Source of the DNA: Paraspadella gotoi
Lineage: Eukaryota > Animalia > Chaetognatha
NCBI GenBank assembly: GCA_051294375.1
Contig: CM119268.1
Location: 1,043,218 to 1,107,143, forward strand
Length of the DNA stretch: 63,926 nucleotides
Direction of reading: 5' to 3'
Shown: one piece after another, positions 23,801 through 37,573 of the stretch
Layout of the letters: the number at the start of each line of letters is the position of its first letter
Position numbering within the stretch: the first letter of the stretch is position 1
The notes under the pieces: generated by a model
The model's database searches: none
Told to the model about the DNA's origin: nothing
Seen by the model: the letters and a program-made list of their open reading frames with translations, nothing else
Position numbers and translations under genes: made by a program

Positions 23801-26800
23801 ATATGTGTATCAGGATATAATCGGTCTCATAAAAAATTTTACTTTTTATTTATTGTTTATGGTATTGTTACGTTGGTATAAGATGAGTTTGAATTACAAT
23901 TTTTTTGGTATAAGAAAAAAAAGTTGACATTTTAATTTTTCTACGTGAATAAATATAGCCGTTGTCGCCAAACAGAACAAAAACTGCATTTTCCTTTTCT
24001 ACTAAAGTTAAAATATCGTTTATTTATTATGAATCGCTGCTCCGTCATATTACATTTTTTAAATCTTTAAGACTACTGTATCACTCTCAGCGTTAAAACA
24101 AACAAGCACAGTGCGTGTTACGGCCGCGTTCGGCCATCACGGGAGACCTTTTACGGCGTTTCTTTTATTCCGCTTCTTTTATTTATCTAGGTTCCTCGGA
24201 GTGAAAAAAAAAACCCACGCTGTCGCGAAGAAGGATTTTGTGCCATCTGGCTCCCTTCTTTCATCGCAAGATGGAAGACGTAAACAAAACAAAGACATCT
24301 TGAGATTACATAGGATAAATCTACGAACAGAGCATCGACCCGCGTACTCTAAAAAAACACTTTTCGCACCCTCCCTTCACCGCATCATGGGCTGCTCCAG
24401 TCGCACGGTTTAATTCTCGACCAAAAAATAAAAAGAAAAAGGAAACGACGTCGCGGTTTTTGTCGCGCTTGCCATTGCGGCGGCTCCGACCAAACTCGCC
24501 TGTCGTCTCTCAATCGTCTCGCTCTCTTTCAACCCGCGAGGTAAAACGAAGGATTGGTACTTGGCAGGGAGATCAAAGGACTATGTAGAAAAGAAGAGTT
24601 GTGGGAGAGAGAAAGAGCGAGAGAACGAGAAAGAACCTGGCTCCGAGAAAACGTAAAGCAGCGCCCCTTAATCGATTTAGCAGGGAATAGTTAAAAGGAT
24701 AAAAAGAGGAGGACATTCCCGAAGACGACAATTTTTCTTATATTTTTTTTTCTATGTAAGAGTAAAAAAAAATTTTTCTTGTCGATTTGGCATTGTTCGT
24801 TCGAAAAATAGTTGCCCGGGCAACGCACCTTTAGTTTTTTTCCTTCCTGTCAGCCCCGCCTTTTTTTCTTCAGTCAAACCAGAGAGAGACAAGGGAGATA
24901 TAAAAAAAAAAGAGAAACGATCCTATTACGAGAAGAGGCGCTTTCCTTGCTGTCCGTGGCCGCCAAGATTAATCGAGTTATTCCAGTCTACATTCACTGG
25001 TGACAGGAAGACCGCTCAAAAAACTATAGACCGGACCGTCTTCGATTAAGCAAAAGATAAAAGTGACGCGGTGTATCCTGTCGGCAAAAAGGATATTTCT
25101 CAATTCATTACTTTTTCGTAAGTAAAAAACGCAATAATTTTTTTTCTATTGGCATCGCACAAAGAAAAAACAGATTTGCTGAAAGACACTGATAAAAGTG
25201 GCAAAAACAAAATGCAGTGTGAGAAATGTTATAGCTTTTAATTAAAATCTTTAGAGAGGAAAAAATGTAAAATGAGTAAAACATCAAAACAATACAAACA
25301 AGGACACTATTGTAATTTTTTTATTTAACTAAAAATTACGAGGAAGAAGTAATTATATTTTTCGCTTTAAAGTTTAAAGTTAAATTCATTCGAAGCCCAA
25401 TAAGATAAGAGGGCAAGAGTATAGGCGGCCCGAAATTGTGGGTGAAGATAGTAGATAAACCGAAGATTACCGGTTCTAGATGCAGTGGGGGAGAGTCAAA
25501 AAAATTTGGGAGGCGATTTAAACAAAGTTTTTTTCTCTATTCGAAGAACAGAGCACATGAATAGAATAAAACTTAAAATCTCGTTTTATCTTCAAAGCTA
25601 ACTTCACTTTTCGGTTCTGTCGGTCGGTCCGTTGCTTCTATCTCACATTTGATGTTCATGAAACTGGCTGGCTATACTTTATTTTGAATAATACTTGTAC
25701 TGTAGATCTTTTCATCCCATTTAAATGGGAGTGAAATGAAAAGATCATAATACTTGTCGGCAATAACTCGTTTAATAACTACGTATTTGCATCTGGTAAA
25801 AAAATCAGTAACGTTTTTAATTTTCCAACTTCTAGTACTTAGCTTGTTTCTTATTTTAGTTATCGTGCCATCAATGGTAATGGTCGAATTTCAAAAACAA
25901 AATTTTTGAATTTGAAAAAACCTACTATTACAGATGTCAAAAGAACAAAACAGCCTATTTTTATTTTATAGTTTTTTTAAGTTAAACTAATGAAATAAAT
26001 TTCAAAGTAGAAAAAAAATAGAAAACAAGATCTGGAAAAGCCTCACTAAAACCTTGAAATATAATAATAAAAAATTTTAACATGCTCCAAGATATTATAC
26101 TATAACTAATCAATGTAAAAAATTAACTATTTTGGTCTAATTTTTTTCAACAATGAGTTTTTAAAAGAATATCAATTTAGGGGAGAAATGTTTGCAAAGA
26201 AAACTGCTGAAGGCAAGCGCACCAGTATTACGCATGTAAGTATTTAATCAATTTTCCTAAATAGGACATAAACGTGAGGAATTTTTATTTACTAAATGTA
26301 AATATAATCATATTGGAGTCGGTGAAGAGTAACAAACCTTTTCATTTCCCTCCGTGTATCACAATATGGTGTATGCACAGCGGGTTGCTATGATGCCATT
26401 GAATGGGGCTTCACTGTTGGCTTTGGGGGCTTCACCTCATGATGCCTCAGTCATGGGCGGTTTACCTAGACGTCTCGCTTTTGCAACGCAGAGGAAGTGT
26501 TAGGATGTGGAAGAACCTAACCTGGATTGGTAAAAAGCTGTATTTGCAACCATGGTTATTATTAATTTTAAAAAAATATTGAATAGAAATATAGTCTTTT
26601 GTGTTATATTTTATGATATTAAGATAGCCTGCAAACTTTGTACACCGTAATTATTGAATCAAATAAAAACTCTCGACAAATAAATGATAAAAACGAATCA
26701 CCGTTGACTTTCTATGTATACATGTACGATATATTAGGGTCTTTGCATTATTTTCTTTCCCCTTTGGCTCCTACGCTCGGAGCTCCGGAGCTGAGTGGAA

Positions 26801-26818
26801 ACCGATTTTAGAAGGTGT

Positions 26819-26855
<37 letters not shown>

Positions 26856-27809
26856 TCTCTCTCTCTTTCTATCTCGCTCTCTCGCTCTCTCGCTCTCTCC
26901 CAAGCGCGACCTCTCACAGAGAAGAAGAAATCCAAGATTAGGAGTCGGAATAAAGGTTTCAAGGTTTACGGTTTCAAGGTTTACGGTTTCAAGATTTTAA
27001 GGTTTAAGGTTTTAAGGTTTAAGGTTTTAAGGTTTCAAAGTCATCCCATCTTGGAAAATGAATAAGTCGCCAAAACTTTGGATTACCTTTTGATCCCTTT
27101 AATTTCAAAATAGCGGGAGTAAAAATGATCTATTTAAAAAATTTGGCTTTTTGTTATTAGAATTAGCTATTGTTCGGTAAAATGCGATTAAAAACATTAG
27201 TATGATATTCTAATGAAAGGAAGGATGTTTAAAAAAATCTGTCCTTCTCAGTTTTTATGACAATTTTATAAAAAGAATCATTTATCCCATTATGAAAATA
27301 TTTTTTATTTTTTTTTAATATAACCTCTGGGGGTTTCGATCTATGCATCATTTGATTTTAGTACTATAAATATTTACTTACACAGAGAAAATCAATCTTA
27401 ACATTAAAAATGTTTATTTCGAAGCAGAATATTTTTGTATACCGCATTTATTTAATTCCGCACCCTGGTATTTATAATCATATTACGTTGGAAAGAGGCT
27501 CATTTTAATCAGAAAAAGTTCATTATTTATAGGTATATTTTTTTATCCATCTTAACTGAAAAGCTGTAAAGGTTACGAAAAAATGTTTCGGGGACTTTGT
27601 AATTTCCCGAGATGGAAATTCGTGATTTCCCTTTCAGTGGACATCGACATCAAGAAAAGTAGGAAAAGAAATATTGCCGAACTGGATAACAACTGACAAT
27701 CCGTCAGTCAAGACAAAGTTGACAAAGGAAGTCAACCTTAGGAAAATTACTTTCATCAAACTGATCCTGATCCTATATCTGGTGCCACGAAAATTAAAGC
27801 TGACTGGAA

Positions 27810-28075
27810 ATAAACAGTCAGTGATAGTAACAAATACTCACAGTATTAAACAGTCAGAGACAATATTGAAATAAACAGTCAGAGATGGTGACAAATACAG
27901 TATTAAACTGTCAGTGACTATATTAAAATAGACAGTCAGAGACAGTGATAAATACTGACAGTATTAAAGAGTAAGAGATAGTGACAAATACTCACAGTAT
28001 CAAACAGTAAGAGACAGTATTAAAATGAACAGTCAGAGATGGTGACACATACTCACAATATTAAACTGTCAGAAA
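27810..28075 (+). repeat. Degenerate tandem repeat (CAGTCAGAGA / CAGTATTAAA units)
   Basis: Recurrent aaacagtcagagat..gtgacaaatactcacagtattaaa. Confidence 0.65.
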
Positions 28076-28854
28076 CGAAGAACCGACTCACTGGATTTCT
28101 CACGGATCTCCTGTCGGTCTTCACCTCTCTTCAAGGCTCTCTCTCTCTCTCTCTCTCNNNNNNNNNNNNNNNNNNNNNNNNNNNNNNNNNNNNNNNNNNN
28201 NNNNNNNNNNNNNNNNNNNNNNNNNNNNNNNNNNNNNNNNNNNNNNNNNNNNNNNNNNNNNNNNNNNNNNNNNNNNNNNNNNNNNNNNNNNNNNNNNNNN
28301 NNNNNNNNNNNNNNNNNNNNNNNNNNNNNNNNNNNNNNNNNNNNNNNNNNNNNNNNNNNNNNNNNNAAATTCCGTCTGTGAAAAAAAGTTCACCGCGAGG
28401 AGTCGAACTTGGAAAATTGGAATCCCCGAAATCACGCAACCAAAGCAAAAGGGGTTTCTCTCTCTCNNNNNNNNNNNNNNNNNNNNNNNNNNNNNNNNNN
28501 NNNNNNNNNNNNNNNNNNNNNNNNNNNNNNNNNNNNNNNNNNNNNNNNNNNNNNNNNNNNNNNNNNNNNNNNNNNNNNNNNNNNNNNNNNNNNNNNNNNN
28601 NNNNNNNNNNNNNNNNNNNNNNNNNNNNNNNNNNNNNNNNNNNNNNNNCCCCCAGGTTCAGGTTTTTCAGGAATTTCCTTTCCATTCTCCAAAACAAGAA
28701 TCGACGTCTTTTGTTTTGTGACCCGAAGAGTTTTTCGTTTCGACCTCAGATGGCGCTTTCCCAACTCTCTTCCTGATTGGCTCGCTCCTAAAATGGGTGG
28801 CTGCTGGAATTTATGGTTGAATGGACGACAGGACGAAATCGATTGTCGCCGAGA

Positions 28855-28983
28855 ATGATTTGCTGGTAAAACCGGTTAAATGATTGGCTAGTAAAACCGG
28901 TTAAATAATTGGCTGGTAAAACCGGTTAAATGATTGACTGGTAAAACCGGTTAAATGATTTGCTGGTAAAACCGGTTAAATGA
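28855..28983 (+). repeat. 25-bp minisatellite x5
   Basis: (ATGATTGGCTGGTAAAACCGGTTAA) x5, directly abutting the SINE head. Confidence 0.85.
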
Positions 28984-29191
28984 CCGGTGGCTCATTGAGT
29001 CAAGCCATCAGCTCAAGACCACTAGGTTCCGGGTTCAATCCCAACCCTGTACCTGCTCTGCGGGAAGCGTGTGGATGGCCGTAAACCGCCTTGGGGGCGT
29101 GGAACACCCTCAAGCCTGGTTCCAAGCCCAGGACCCTTTCCATGGCTGCTAGAGGGGTTACAGAAGATGAGGATACTCATTTTCAACCCAC

Positions 29192-29228
<37 letters not shown>
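28983..29228 (+). mobile_element. tRNA-derived SINE (family C), near full length with (ATT)n tail
   Basis: A-box-like TGGCTCATTGAG (28988), B-box GGTTCAATCCC (29032), body GCGGGAAGCGTG..GGCCGTAAACCGCCTTGGGG..GGTTCCAAG, and a 3' (TTA)n tail. Related copies at 32690-32800 (-), 47550-47655 (-) and inside the 44.7/46.6/49.6-kb duplicates. Confidence 0.7.
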
Positions 29229-29644
29229 NNNNNNNNNNNNNNNNNNNNNNNNNNNNNNNNNNNNNNNNNNNNNNNNNNNNNNNNNNNNNNNNNNNNNNNN
29301 NNNNNNNNNNNNNNNNNNNNNNNNNNNNNNNNNNNNNNNNNNNNNNNNNNNNNNNNNNNNNNNNNNNNNNNNNNNNNNNNNNNNNNNNNNNNNNNNNNNN
29401 NNNNNNNNNNNNNNNNNNNNNNNNNNNNNNNNNNNNNNNNNNNNNNNNNNNNNNNNNNNNNNNNNNNNNNNNNNNNNNNNNNNNNNNNNNNNNNNNNNNN
29501 NNNNNNNNNNNNNNNNNNNNNNNNNNNNNNNNNNNNNNNNNNNNNNNNNAGAGAGAGAGAGAGAGAGAGAGACGTACATACAAGATGCGTCATCCGATGT
29601 GTTCAACAAAATGTCATCTGACAATATATCTTAAGCCATTCGTC

Positions 29645-29886
29645 CAAAATACCATCCGACCGCGGTTTTTGCCACTTAATCAAAATGCCATCTTGACCAA
29701 AATCCCATCCGACCTTGGTTTTTGCCACTTGACCAAAATGCCATCTGACCTCGGTTTTTGCCACTTGACCAAAATCCCATCCGACCTCGGTTTTTGCCAC
29801 TTGACCAAAATCCCATCCGACCTCGGTTTTTGGAACTTGACCAAAATACCATGCGACCTCGGTTTTTGCCACTTGACCAAAATTCC
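29645..29886 (+). repeat. 36-bp minisatellite x~6-7
   Basis: (TTGACCAAAATCCCATCCGACCTCGGTTTTTGCCAC)n. Confidence 0.88.
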
Positions 29887-31602
29887 CTCCTTCCTCCGGT
29901 AAACCGCGAGGTAGTCAGGCCGCCCACGACGCCGCGTAGCGCCAAAGACGCCGCGTGGCACCAACGACGCCGCGTGGCGCCCCTAAATTGCGGAACGAGT
30001 CATTTCCGGCGCCGGTTTTTCGTCATTGACGCCGTTGATCCCTATTTGTGGTCGATCGGCAAAATTACTCGCGACGACCGGATCTGCCGGATCTCTCTTT
30101 CCTCCGGCAAATTGCCACTTTTAGGACTCATACGCCACCTGAACCTTAATGTCGTTGCGTCGTCGACTCTTGCTCCAGATCGACATCAGCTTTTCTTGGA
30201 CGCGACTTGGCTCATTGGCTCCTTTTTCGATTCATATTGGTTATTTCCTATTTACACGGATTTCAAATGTGGCTAAATCATTCTTTATGGCCATTTCAGA
30301 TTTTGCACCCTGGGAAAAAAATGGCAGACGTTTTGTCGCCTAAATAAACCTAATACTTTCGTCCTTCTATGTTTCGTCCTTCTATGTTTCGTCATTCCTT
30401 GTTTCGTCCTTGCCCGCACATTGTCATTTTGTGTTTTTGTCATTTTGTTTTTCGCCGCCGCCGCCGCCNNNNNNNNNNNNNNNNNNNNNNNNNNNNNNNN
30501 NNNNNNNNNNNNNNNNNNNNNNNNNNNNNNNNNNNNNNNNNNNNNNNNNNNNNNNNNNNNNNNNNNNNNNNNNNNNNNNNNNNNNNNNNNNNNNNNNNNN
30601 NNNNNNNNNNNNNNNNNNNNNNNNNNNNNNNNNNNNNNNNNNNNNNNNNNNNNNNNNNNNNNNNNNNNNNNNNNNNNNNNNNNNNNNNNNNNNNNNNNNN
30701 NNNNNNNNNNNNNNNNNNNNNNNNNNNNNNNNNNNNNNNNNNNNNNNNNNNNNNNNNNNNNNNNNNNNNNNNNNNNNNNNNNNNNNNNNNNNNNNNNNNN
30801 NNNNNNNNNNNNNNNNNNNNNNNNNNNNNNNNNNNNNNNNNNNNNNNNNNNNNNNNNNNNNNNNNNNNNNNNNNNNNNNNNNNNNNNNNNNNNNNNNNNN
30901 NNNNNNNNNNNNNNNNNNNNNNNNNNNNNNNNNNNNNNNNNNNNNNNNNNNNNNNNNNNNNNNNNNNNNNNNNNNNNNNNNNNNNNNNNNNNNNNNNNNN
31001 NNNNNNNNNNNNNNNNNNNNNNNNNNNNNNNNNNNNNNNNNNNNNNNNNNNNNNNNNNNNNNNNNNNNNNNNNNNNNNNNNNNNNNNNNNNNNNNNNNNN
31101 NNNNNNNNNNNNNNNNNNNNNNNNNNNNNNNNNNNNNNNNNNNNNNNNNNNNNNNNNNNNNNNNNNNNNNNNNNNNNNNNNNNNNNNNNNNNNNNNNNNN
31201 NNNNNNNNNNNNNNNNNNNNNNNNNNNNNNNNNNNNNNNNNNNNNNNNNNNNNNNNNNNNNNNNNNNNNNNNNNNNNNNNNNNNNNNNNNNNNNNNNNNN
31301 NNNNNNNNNNNNNNNNNNNNNNNNNNNNNNNNNNNNNNNNNNNNNNNNNNNNNNNNNNNNNNNNNNNNNNNNNAAAAGGAGGATAGTGCGAGCGATGAGA
31401 AAAGTTGAGGATGCGAAGAAAGAAAGAGAAAGAAAGGATGAAAGAGAGAAAAAAAGGAAGAATGAAATAAAGGAAAATAAAAAACTGAAAAAAAAGGAAG
31501 AAAGTATAGAGAAAAAAGGAAATAAAGAAAAAAAATATAAAAATGAGTATGAAGCAGAGGGAGATGTCCAAATGGAGGCAATGAGCGAGAACGAGACCGA
31601 GA

Positions 31603-31634
<32 letters not shown>

Positions 31635-31897
31635 TATCATCATGGTAACATAAAGGGAAAGAAGATCCTTGATCAAATTAGAAATTCCGGGGATCCAGTC
31701 TTCCAGAGGTTGGGGAGCGGAAGGGAGGAAAAAGCGAAGGAGAGAAGCGGAGGGGAGAAGCGGAAGAACAACAGCGGAGGGAGAGAAGCGGAGGCAGAAC
31801 AGCGGAGGGGGAGAAGCGGAGGGGAAGAAACAGATGGAGAACAGGAAACTGGAAGAAGCGGAGGCAGTTTATAAAAGATTTCTTTAAAAAACAAAAA

Positions 31898-32062
31898 TCG
31901 GCGCTAGTAGTCGCTTAGATTTGAGGTTTTTTACTGTCTTAACAAATGAGCATCCTAGAATAGACTTTATAAGTGGGACAGACCCACGGGCAGACATACC
32001 GACCGACCGACCGAAAAGTGACTTATGGAGTTGCTCCGCCATTACTTGCGGCGCAACTAAAA
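31898..32062 (-). mobile_element. Family B element, 5' part
   Basis: ggcgctagtagtc..tttgaggttttt..tgtcttaacaaatgagca..aagtgggacagac..gacataccgaccgaccgaccgaaaagtga..gcggcgcaactaaaa is the reverse complement of 12350-12505. Confidence 0.65.
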
Positions 32063-32669
32063 AAAGAGAGGATAAAACAGAAAAAAGAAAAGAAACAAAA
32101 GAGAGGATAAGACAAAAAAANNNNNNNNNNNNNNNNNNNNNNNNNNGAAAAAGAACAACAGGAGCGGAATCGACAAGAAAAAAGAAAAAAGAGGGATAAG
32201 CAAAGAAAAGAAAAACAGGGAGGATAAATGCCGAAAAGAAAGAACATCAAAGAGAGGATGAAACAATAAAAGAAAAGAAAACAAGAGAGAGGATAAGACA
32301 AAAAAAAAGAAACAGAGGGACAGTGACAAAAAGAACAGGACAAAGTAGAGGAGGCATAACAAAGAAGGAAAGAAACAAGAGAGGATAAGACAAAGAAAGA
32401 AACAAAGAGAGGATAAGACAGGAATGAGAGTTGAAATCGATCAAAAAGAAAAAATATGGTAGATATGAAGAATAATCGAGGAACACGATTGAAATTGGCT
32501 GACCATTATGGAATGGTGATATGATGATGAATAGATGATAGGATGAGATGATAGAGAATCAGATGATGATGATTGATGATGATGATGATGAGACATCGAT
32601 CGATCGAGGATGAATGTATGGAAAAGGAGGCCTAGTGTGGGGTGAGAAGATGACATCTCGCTTCTCGTT

Positions 32670-32800
32670 TAAACCCGAGATCGTAGCGCCTTGGGAACGG
32701 GTCTGGCATTCCACGTAACCGCCTCTAGCAGCCTTGGAACGGGTCCTGGGCATTCCACGCCCCCAAGGCGGTTTACGGCCGTCATCATGCTTCCCGCTGG
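32670..32800 (-). mobile_element. SINE family C, body fragment
   Basis: Reverse complement reads cagcgggaagcatgatgacggccgtaaaccgccttgggggcgtggaatgcccaggacccgttccaaggctgctagagg. Confidence 0.6.
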
Positions 32801-32816
32801 GATTTCCGTTGGGATT

Positions 32817-32852
<36 letters not shown>

Positions 32853-33857
32853 AATGATGATCACGTCATCGACGATGATTGCGATGAATGATGAGGATGA
32901 AGACGAAGATGATGATAATGATGATTAGAAGAATGCGACGACGACGACGNNNNNNNNNNCGACGACGACGGCGTTGAAGCAAATTCCTAAACTAATGTCA
33001 AGAAGACATATAAAGTAGTACGTATAATTATAAAGATGAGAATCAACGACCTCTCTCGACCGAGTCGCCCATCTCGAATGTTTTGTAAACAAAAGATCTC
33101 GACGATTCCATCCGAAGAATATGAGGAAAAGGAGGAAGAAGAAGGAAAGAGAGGAAGGAAAGAGAGGGAGAGAAGGAAAGAGAGAAAGGAAAGAGAGGGA
33201 GAGAAGGAAAGAGAAGAAGAAAAGAGAGAGAAAAAAAAATAAAGGAAGGAGAGAGAGAGAAAAGGAAATAGAGGGAGAAAAAGAAAAAGAGGAATGAGAG
33301 GGAGAAAAAAAGAAAGAGACGAAGGAAAGAGAGGAAGAAAAGGAAAGAGAAGAAGGAAAGAGAGAGAAAAAGAAATAAAGGAAGGAAATAGAGAGAAAAG
33401 GAAATAGAGGAAAGAGAGAGAGAGAAAAGGGAAGAAAGGAAGGAAAGAGAGGGAGAAAAGTAAAGAGAAGAAGGAAAGAGAGGAAGGAAAGAGAGGAGAG
33501 AGAGGTTGAAAAGTCGTTGGCGGGACAGAGGAAAATGGCTGAGAGCCTCGCTGCTGCCAGATCCGCGTTTTATCGCCAAACCCTTTTTGCATATTCCAAG
33601 AAATATGGAATAAGACTGGAAATTTNNNNNNNNNNNNNNNNNNNNNNNNNGAGGAGAGAGAGGTTGAAAAGTCTCGTGGCGGACAGAGGAAATTGCTGAG
33701 AGCCTCGCTGCTGCCAGATCCGCGTTTTATCGCCAAACCTTTTTGCATATTCCAAGAAATATGGAATAAAACTGGAAATTTAAAAAATATATTTTTCGTC
33801 GTTTTTATTCGTCTTTCGACAAAAAAAAAAAAATGGAAAAAATAAAACGCGGGTAAG

Positions 33858-34315
33858 TTTGATCACCCTTCCATCATTTTGATCACCCTTCCAACATTTT
33901 GATCACCCCTCCATCATTTTGATCACCCTTCCATCATTTTGATCACCCCTTCCATATTTTTCTCACCTCTTCCATCATTTTGATCACCCTTCATATTTTT
34001 ATCACCTCTTCCATCATTTTGATCACCCTTCATATTTTTATCACCCTTCCATCATTTTGATCCACCCTTCCATCATTTTGATCACCCCTTCCATTATTTT
34101 ATCACCTCTTCCATCATTTTTGATCACCCCTTTCCATATTTTTATCACCTCTTTCCATCATTTTTTGATTCACCTCTTCCATATTTTTGATTCAACCCCT
34201 TCCATTCATTTTGATCACCCTTCCATCATTTTGATCACCCCTTCCATTCATTTTATCACCCTTCCATCATTTTGATCACCCTTCCATCATTTTGATTCAC
34301 GCTGTCCATCATTTT
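33858..34315 (+). repeat. ~20-bp minisatellite x~20
   Basis: (TTTTGATCACCCTTCCATCA)n with variants. Confidence 0.88.
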
Positions 34316-35008
34316 CAGTCTTTGAATCTTTTTTTTGGGGTGGGCGATGTATATTTCATTCGCTGCAATTTTGCATTTTTAAAAGGCCAACAAAAGGCCG
34401 TGGACTAGGAATTAGCACCGCGTATTTTGACAGTTATTATTAATGATGCGATACATTTTTGGAATTCGTGAGGGGAATGAGGAAACTCTTGCTGACCTTC
34501 ATGGATCATTTACTGTTCAATCTTTCAGTTCCTTTCCCCACTTTATCTCCTTTACTTTCCTCCATCTTTTTCTTTCCTTTCCTCTCCTTTCCTTTCCATT
34601 TCTCTAATTTCCTCTCCTTTTCTTTCCTTTCTTCTCCTTTCCTCTCCTTTCCATTTCTCTCCTTTCCTTTCCTCTCCTTTCCTTTCCATTTCTCTCCTTT
34701 CCTCTTCTTTTCTTTCCATTTCTCTCCTTTCCTTTCCATTTCTCTTCTTTCCTTTCTTCTCCTTTCCTTTCCATTTCTCTCCTTTCCTTTCCTTTCCTTC
34801 CACTTTATCTCCTTCTCCTTTCCTCCATCCTTTCCTCCATCTTTCCTATCCTTTCCTCCCTTGCTCCTTTTCTTCTTTCTCCACAGGCGAGATCCATAAA
34901 TATCCTCCGTTCTGGACTCGCGCGATATTTTTGTTTGTGAGGCATCGAAGTCTGAAGTCTCAACTTCGAAAAAAGAAAAAAAATTGAAAAAAAATCTAGA
35001 TTTGGGAG

Positions 35009-35112
35009 GATTTGGAGATTTATGAAAAACGGATTTGGAGATTTATGAAAAACGGATTTGGAGATTTATGAAAAACGGATTTGAAGATTTATGAAAAACG
35101 GATTTGGAGATT
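35009..35112 (+). repeat. 23-bp minisatellite x4
   Basis: (GATTTGGAGATTTATGAAAAACG) x4. Confidence 0.85.
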
Positions 35113-35199
35113 TTGATTTTTGGCTTTCATCGATATTTAACTTAAATATTACAAGAATAAACTAGACTGAGAGAATCTTGCTTGAAATCTTGCAGGGAC

Positions 35200-35327
35200 T
35201 TGCTATGTCATTATCTTGTAAGAGTGATGGAGGCCTTAAACCACCAAAGCCTGTCCAAAGTCAGGGGTAAGATAGCTTATTTATTAAACGAATGGATAAT
35301 TTTTATATTGCTTGTACCAATTTCATA
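35200..35327 (-). mobile_element. Repeat family A, partial copy
   Basis: Reverse complement of the family A core (gagtgatggaggccttaaaccaccaaagcctgtccaaagtcagggg...ttgtaccaatttcat). Confidence 0.8.
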
Positions 35328-35739
35328 TAAAGGATTTACTAATTTTCTTCTTTCTTTTTTGATGATCTCCATTTTGGGTCGACCAGATGTGCCCGTTGGA
35401 GTTTGTTGCTCATAAATTGATAATATTAAACTACAAGTAGATTATTTAAAAACGTAATTCTCTCTAGATATAATTACCTATATTTCGATTATTACATTTA
35501 TTCACGTGATACTTTCGAGTTTCCAGAATTTCCTTTTGACTCGACGGGTTTGGCTCTTGGCTTCATCTCTCTTTGTATCTGAATATCGCGACAATTTTGG
35601 CCTCAGGCTGTTATGGCCTTTATGGCCGAAAGAGGAAGGGGAAGAACATATAAACAAGGAAAGGAATAAAAATAGAAAGACGAGATCAATATTAACTGTC
35701 TTTGACTTTGGAGTCGCGACGTGACGACGACGACGACGA

Positions 35740-36050
35740 TGATGTTAACAATGACATCGACCAAGCCAATGACGAGGAGGGAATGACAACAATGACAGCG
35801 ACGATGATGGCGACAATGTTAACGATGATGTCGACCAAGTCAATGACGATGAGGGAATGACAACAATGACAGCGACGACGATGACGACGAAGTTAACGAT
35901 GACGTCGACCAAGTCAATGATGAGGAGGGGGACGACAACAATGACAGCGACGATGACAGCGATGACGATGATGTTAATGATCACATCTACCAAGTCAATG
36001 ACGATTAGGGGATGACAACAATGACAGCGACGATGGTGACAATGGAAATG
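35740..36050 (+). repeat. ~75-85-bp GAC/GAT-derived tandem repeat x4
   Basis: Recurrent gttaac..tcgaccaagtcaatgacgat..gggaatgacaacaatgacagcgacgatg. Confidence 0.75.
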
Positions 36051-37573
36051 ACCACTATACGATAAACTTCACAAGACAATATTCAAGTTTTATCGTGAGG
36101 CAGTAAAAGCTCTCAATCTCTAACTTTCTCCTTTTTTCTTTGTAGTTTTTCATTGTTTATATCTCTGTACAAAAAGTGTCTATATCTCTTTCTGTCCTTA
36201 CTTTCTATTTCTTTCATCCTTCTTATTTTCTATCTCTCCTTCTTCCCCACTTTTCTTTTTAGCCTCTATATTCTCTTTCCTCCATTGGTTCATTTCTACG
36301 TGTTTGTTTACATTCGTATTTCTGTCCGTTAGTTTGTGTTTACCCTGCAAAGGAGATATGCGCGTCTCTCTCTCTCTCTCTCTCTCTCTCNNNNNNNNNN
36401 NNNNNNNNNNNNNNNNNNNNNNNNNNNNNNNNNNNNNNNNNNNNNNNNNNNNNNNNNNNNNNNNNNNNNNNNNNNNNNNNNNNNNNNNNNNNNNNNNNNN
36501 NNNNNNNNNNNNNNNNNNNNNNNNNNNNNNNNNNNNNNNNNNNNNNNNNNNNNNNNNNNNNNNNNNNNNNNNNNNNNNNNNNNNNNNNNNNNNNNNNNNN
36601 NNNNNNNNNNNNNNNNNNNNNNNNNNNNNNNNNNNNNNNNNNNNNNNNNNNNNNNNNNNNNNNNNNNNNNNNNNNNNNNNNNNNNNNNNNNNNNNNNNNN
36701 NNNNNNNNNNNNNNNNNNNNNNNNNNNNNNNNNNNNNNNNNNNNNNNNNNNNNNNNNNNNNNNNNNNNNNNNNNNNNNNNNNNNNNNNNNNNNNNNNNNN
36801 NNNNNNNNNNNNNNNNNNNNNNNNNNNNNNNNNNNNNNNNNNNNNNNNNNNNNNNNNNNNNNNNNNNNNNNNNNNNNNNNNNNNNNNNNNNNNNNNNNNN
36901 NNNNNNNNNNNNNNNNNNNNNNNNNNNNNNNNNNNNNNNNNNNNNNNNNNNNNNNNNNNNNNNNNNNNNNNNNNNNNNNNNNNNNNNNNNNNNNNNNNNN
37001 NNNNNNNNNNNNNNNNNNNNNNNNNNNNNNNNNNNNNNNNNNNNNNNNNNNNNNNNNNNNNNNNNNNNNNNNNNNNNNNNNNNNNNNNNNNNNNNNNNNN
37101 NNNNNNNNNNNNNNNNNNNNNNNNNNNNNNNNNNNNNNNNNNNNNNNNNNNNNNNNNNNNNNNNNNNNNNNNNNNNNNNNNNNNNNNNNNNNNNNNNNNN
37201 NNNNNNNNNNNNNNNNNNNNNNNNNNNNNNNNNNNNNNNNNNNNNNNNNNNNNNNNNNNNNNNNNNNNNNNNNNNNNNNNNNNNNNNNNNNNNNNNNNNN
37301 NNNNNNNNNNNNNNNTCTCTTTAGTCTGTATTAGTCTGTATTAGTATGTAGTATATCGCGGACTACAACAAGACAACAAAACAAAACAATAATGATAATA
37401 GAGAAAGCAACAACTAACAACTAATAACTAACTAACTAACAACTAACGACAGTCAAAGTATTAATGAATAGCAACTGATAACTGAGTTCGTCATTTGAAA
37501 AGTTTTCGCCGTCCATTAACTGATCTTTTTCCTCTCGGTCTCTGTCTCTCTTTTTCGTCTCTATCTCTGTCAG

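Noticed and set aside
26953-27040. Telomere-like TTTAAGG/TTTCAAGG repeats
   Set aside because: Short, heterogeneous and interstitial, with no canonical TTAGG/TTAGGG array.
29645-29886. 36-bp repeats resembling a CRISPR repeat length
   Set aside because: Units are contiguous with no unique spacers, there are no cas genes, and the context is eukaryotic. It is an ordinary minisatellite.
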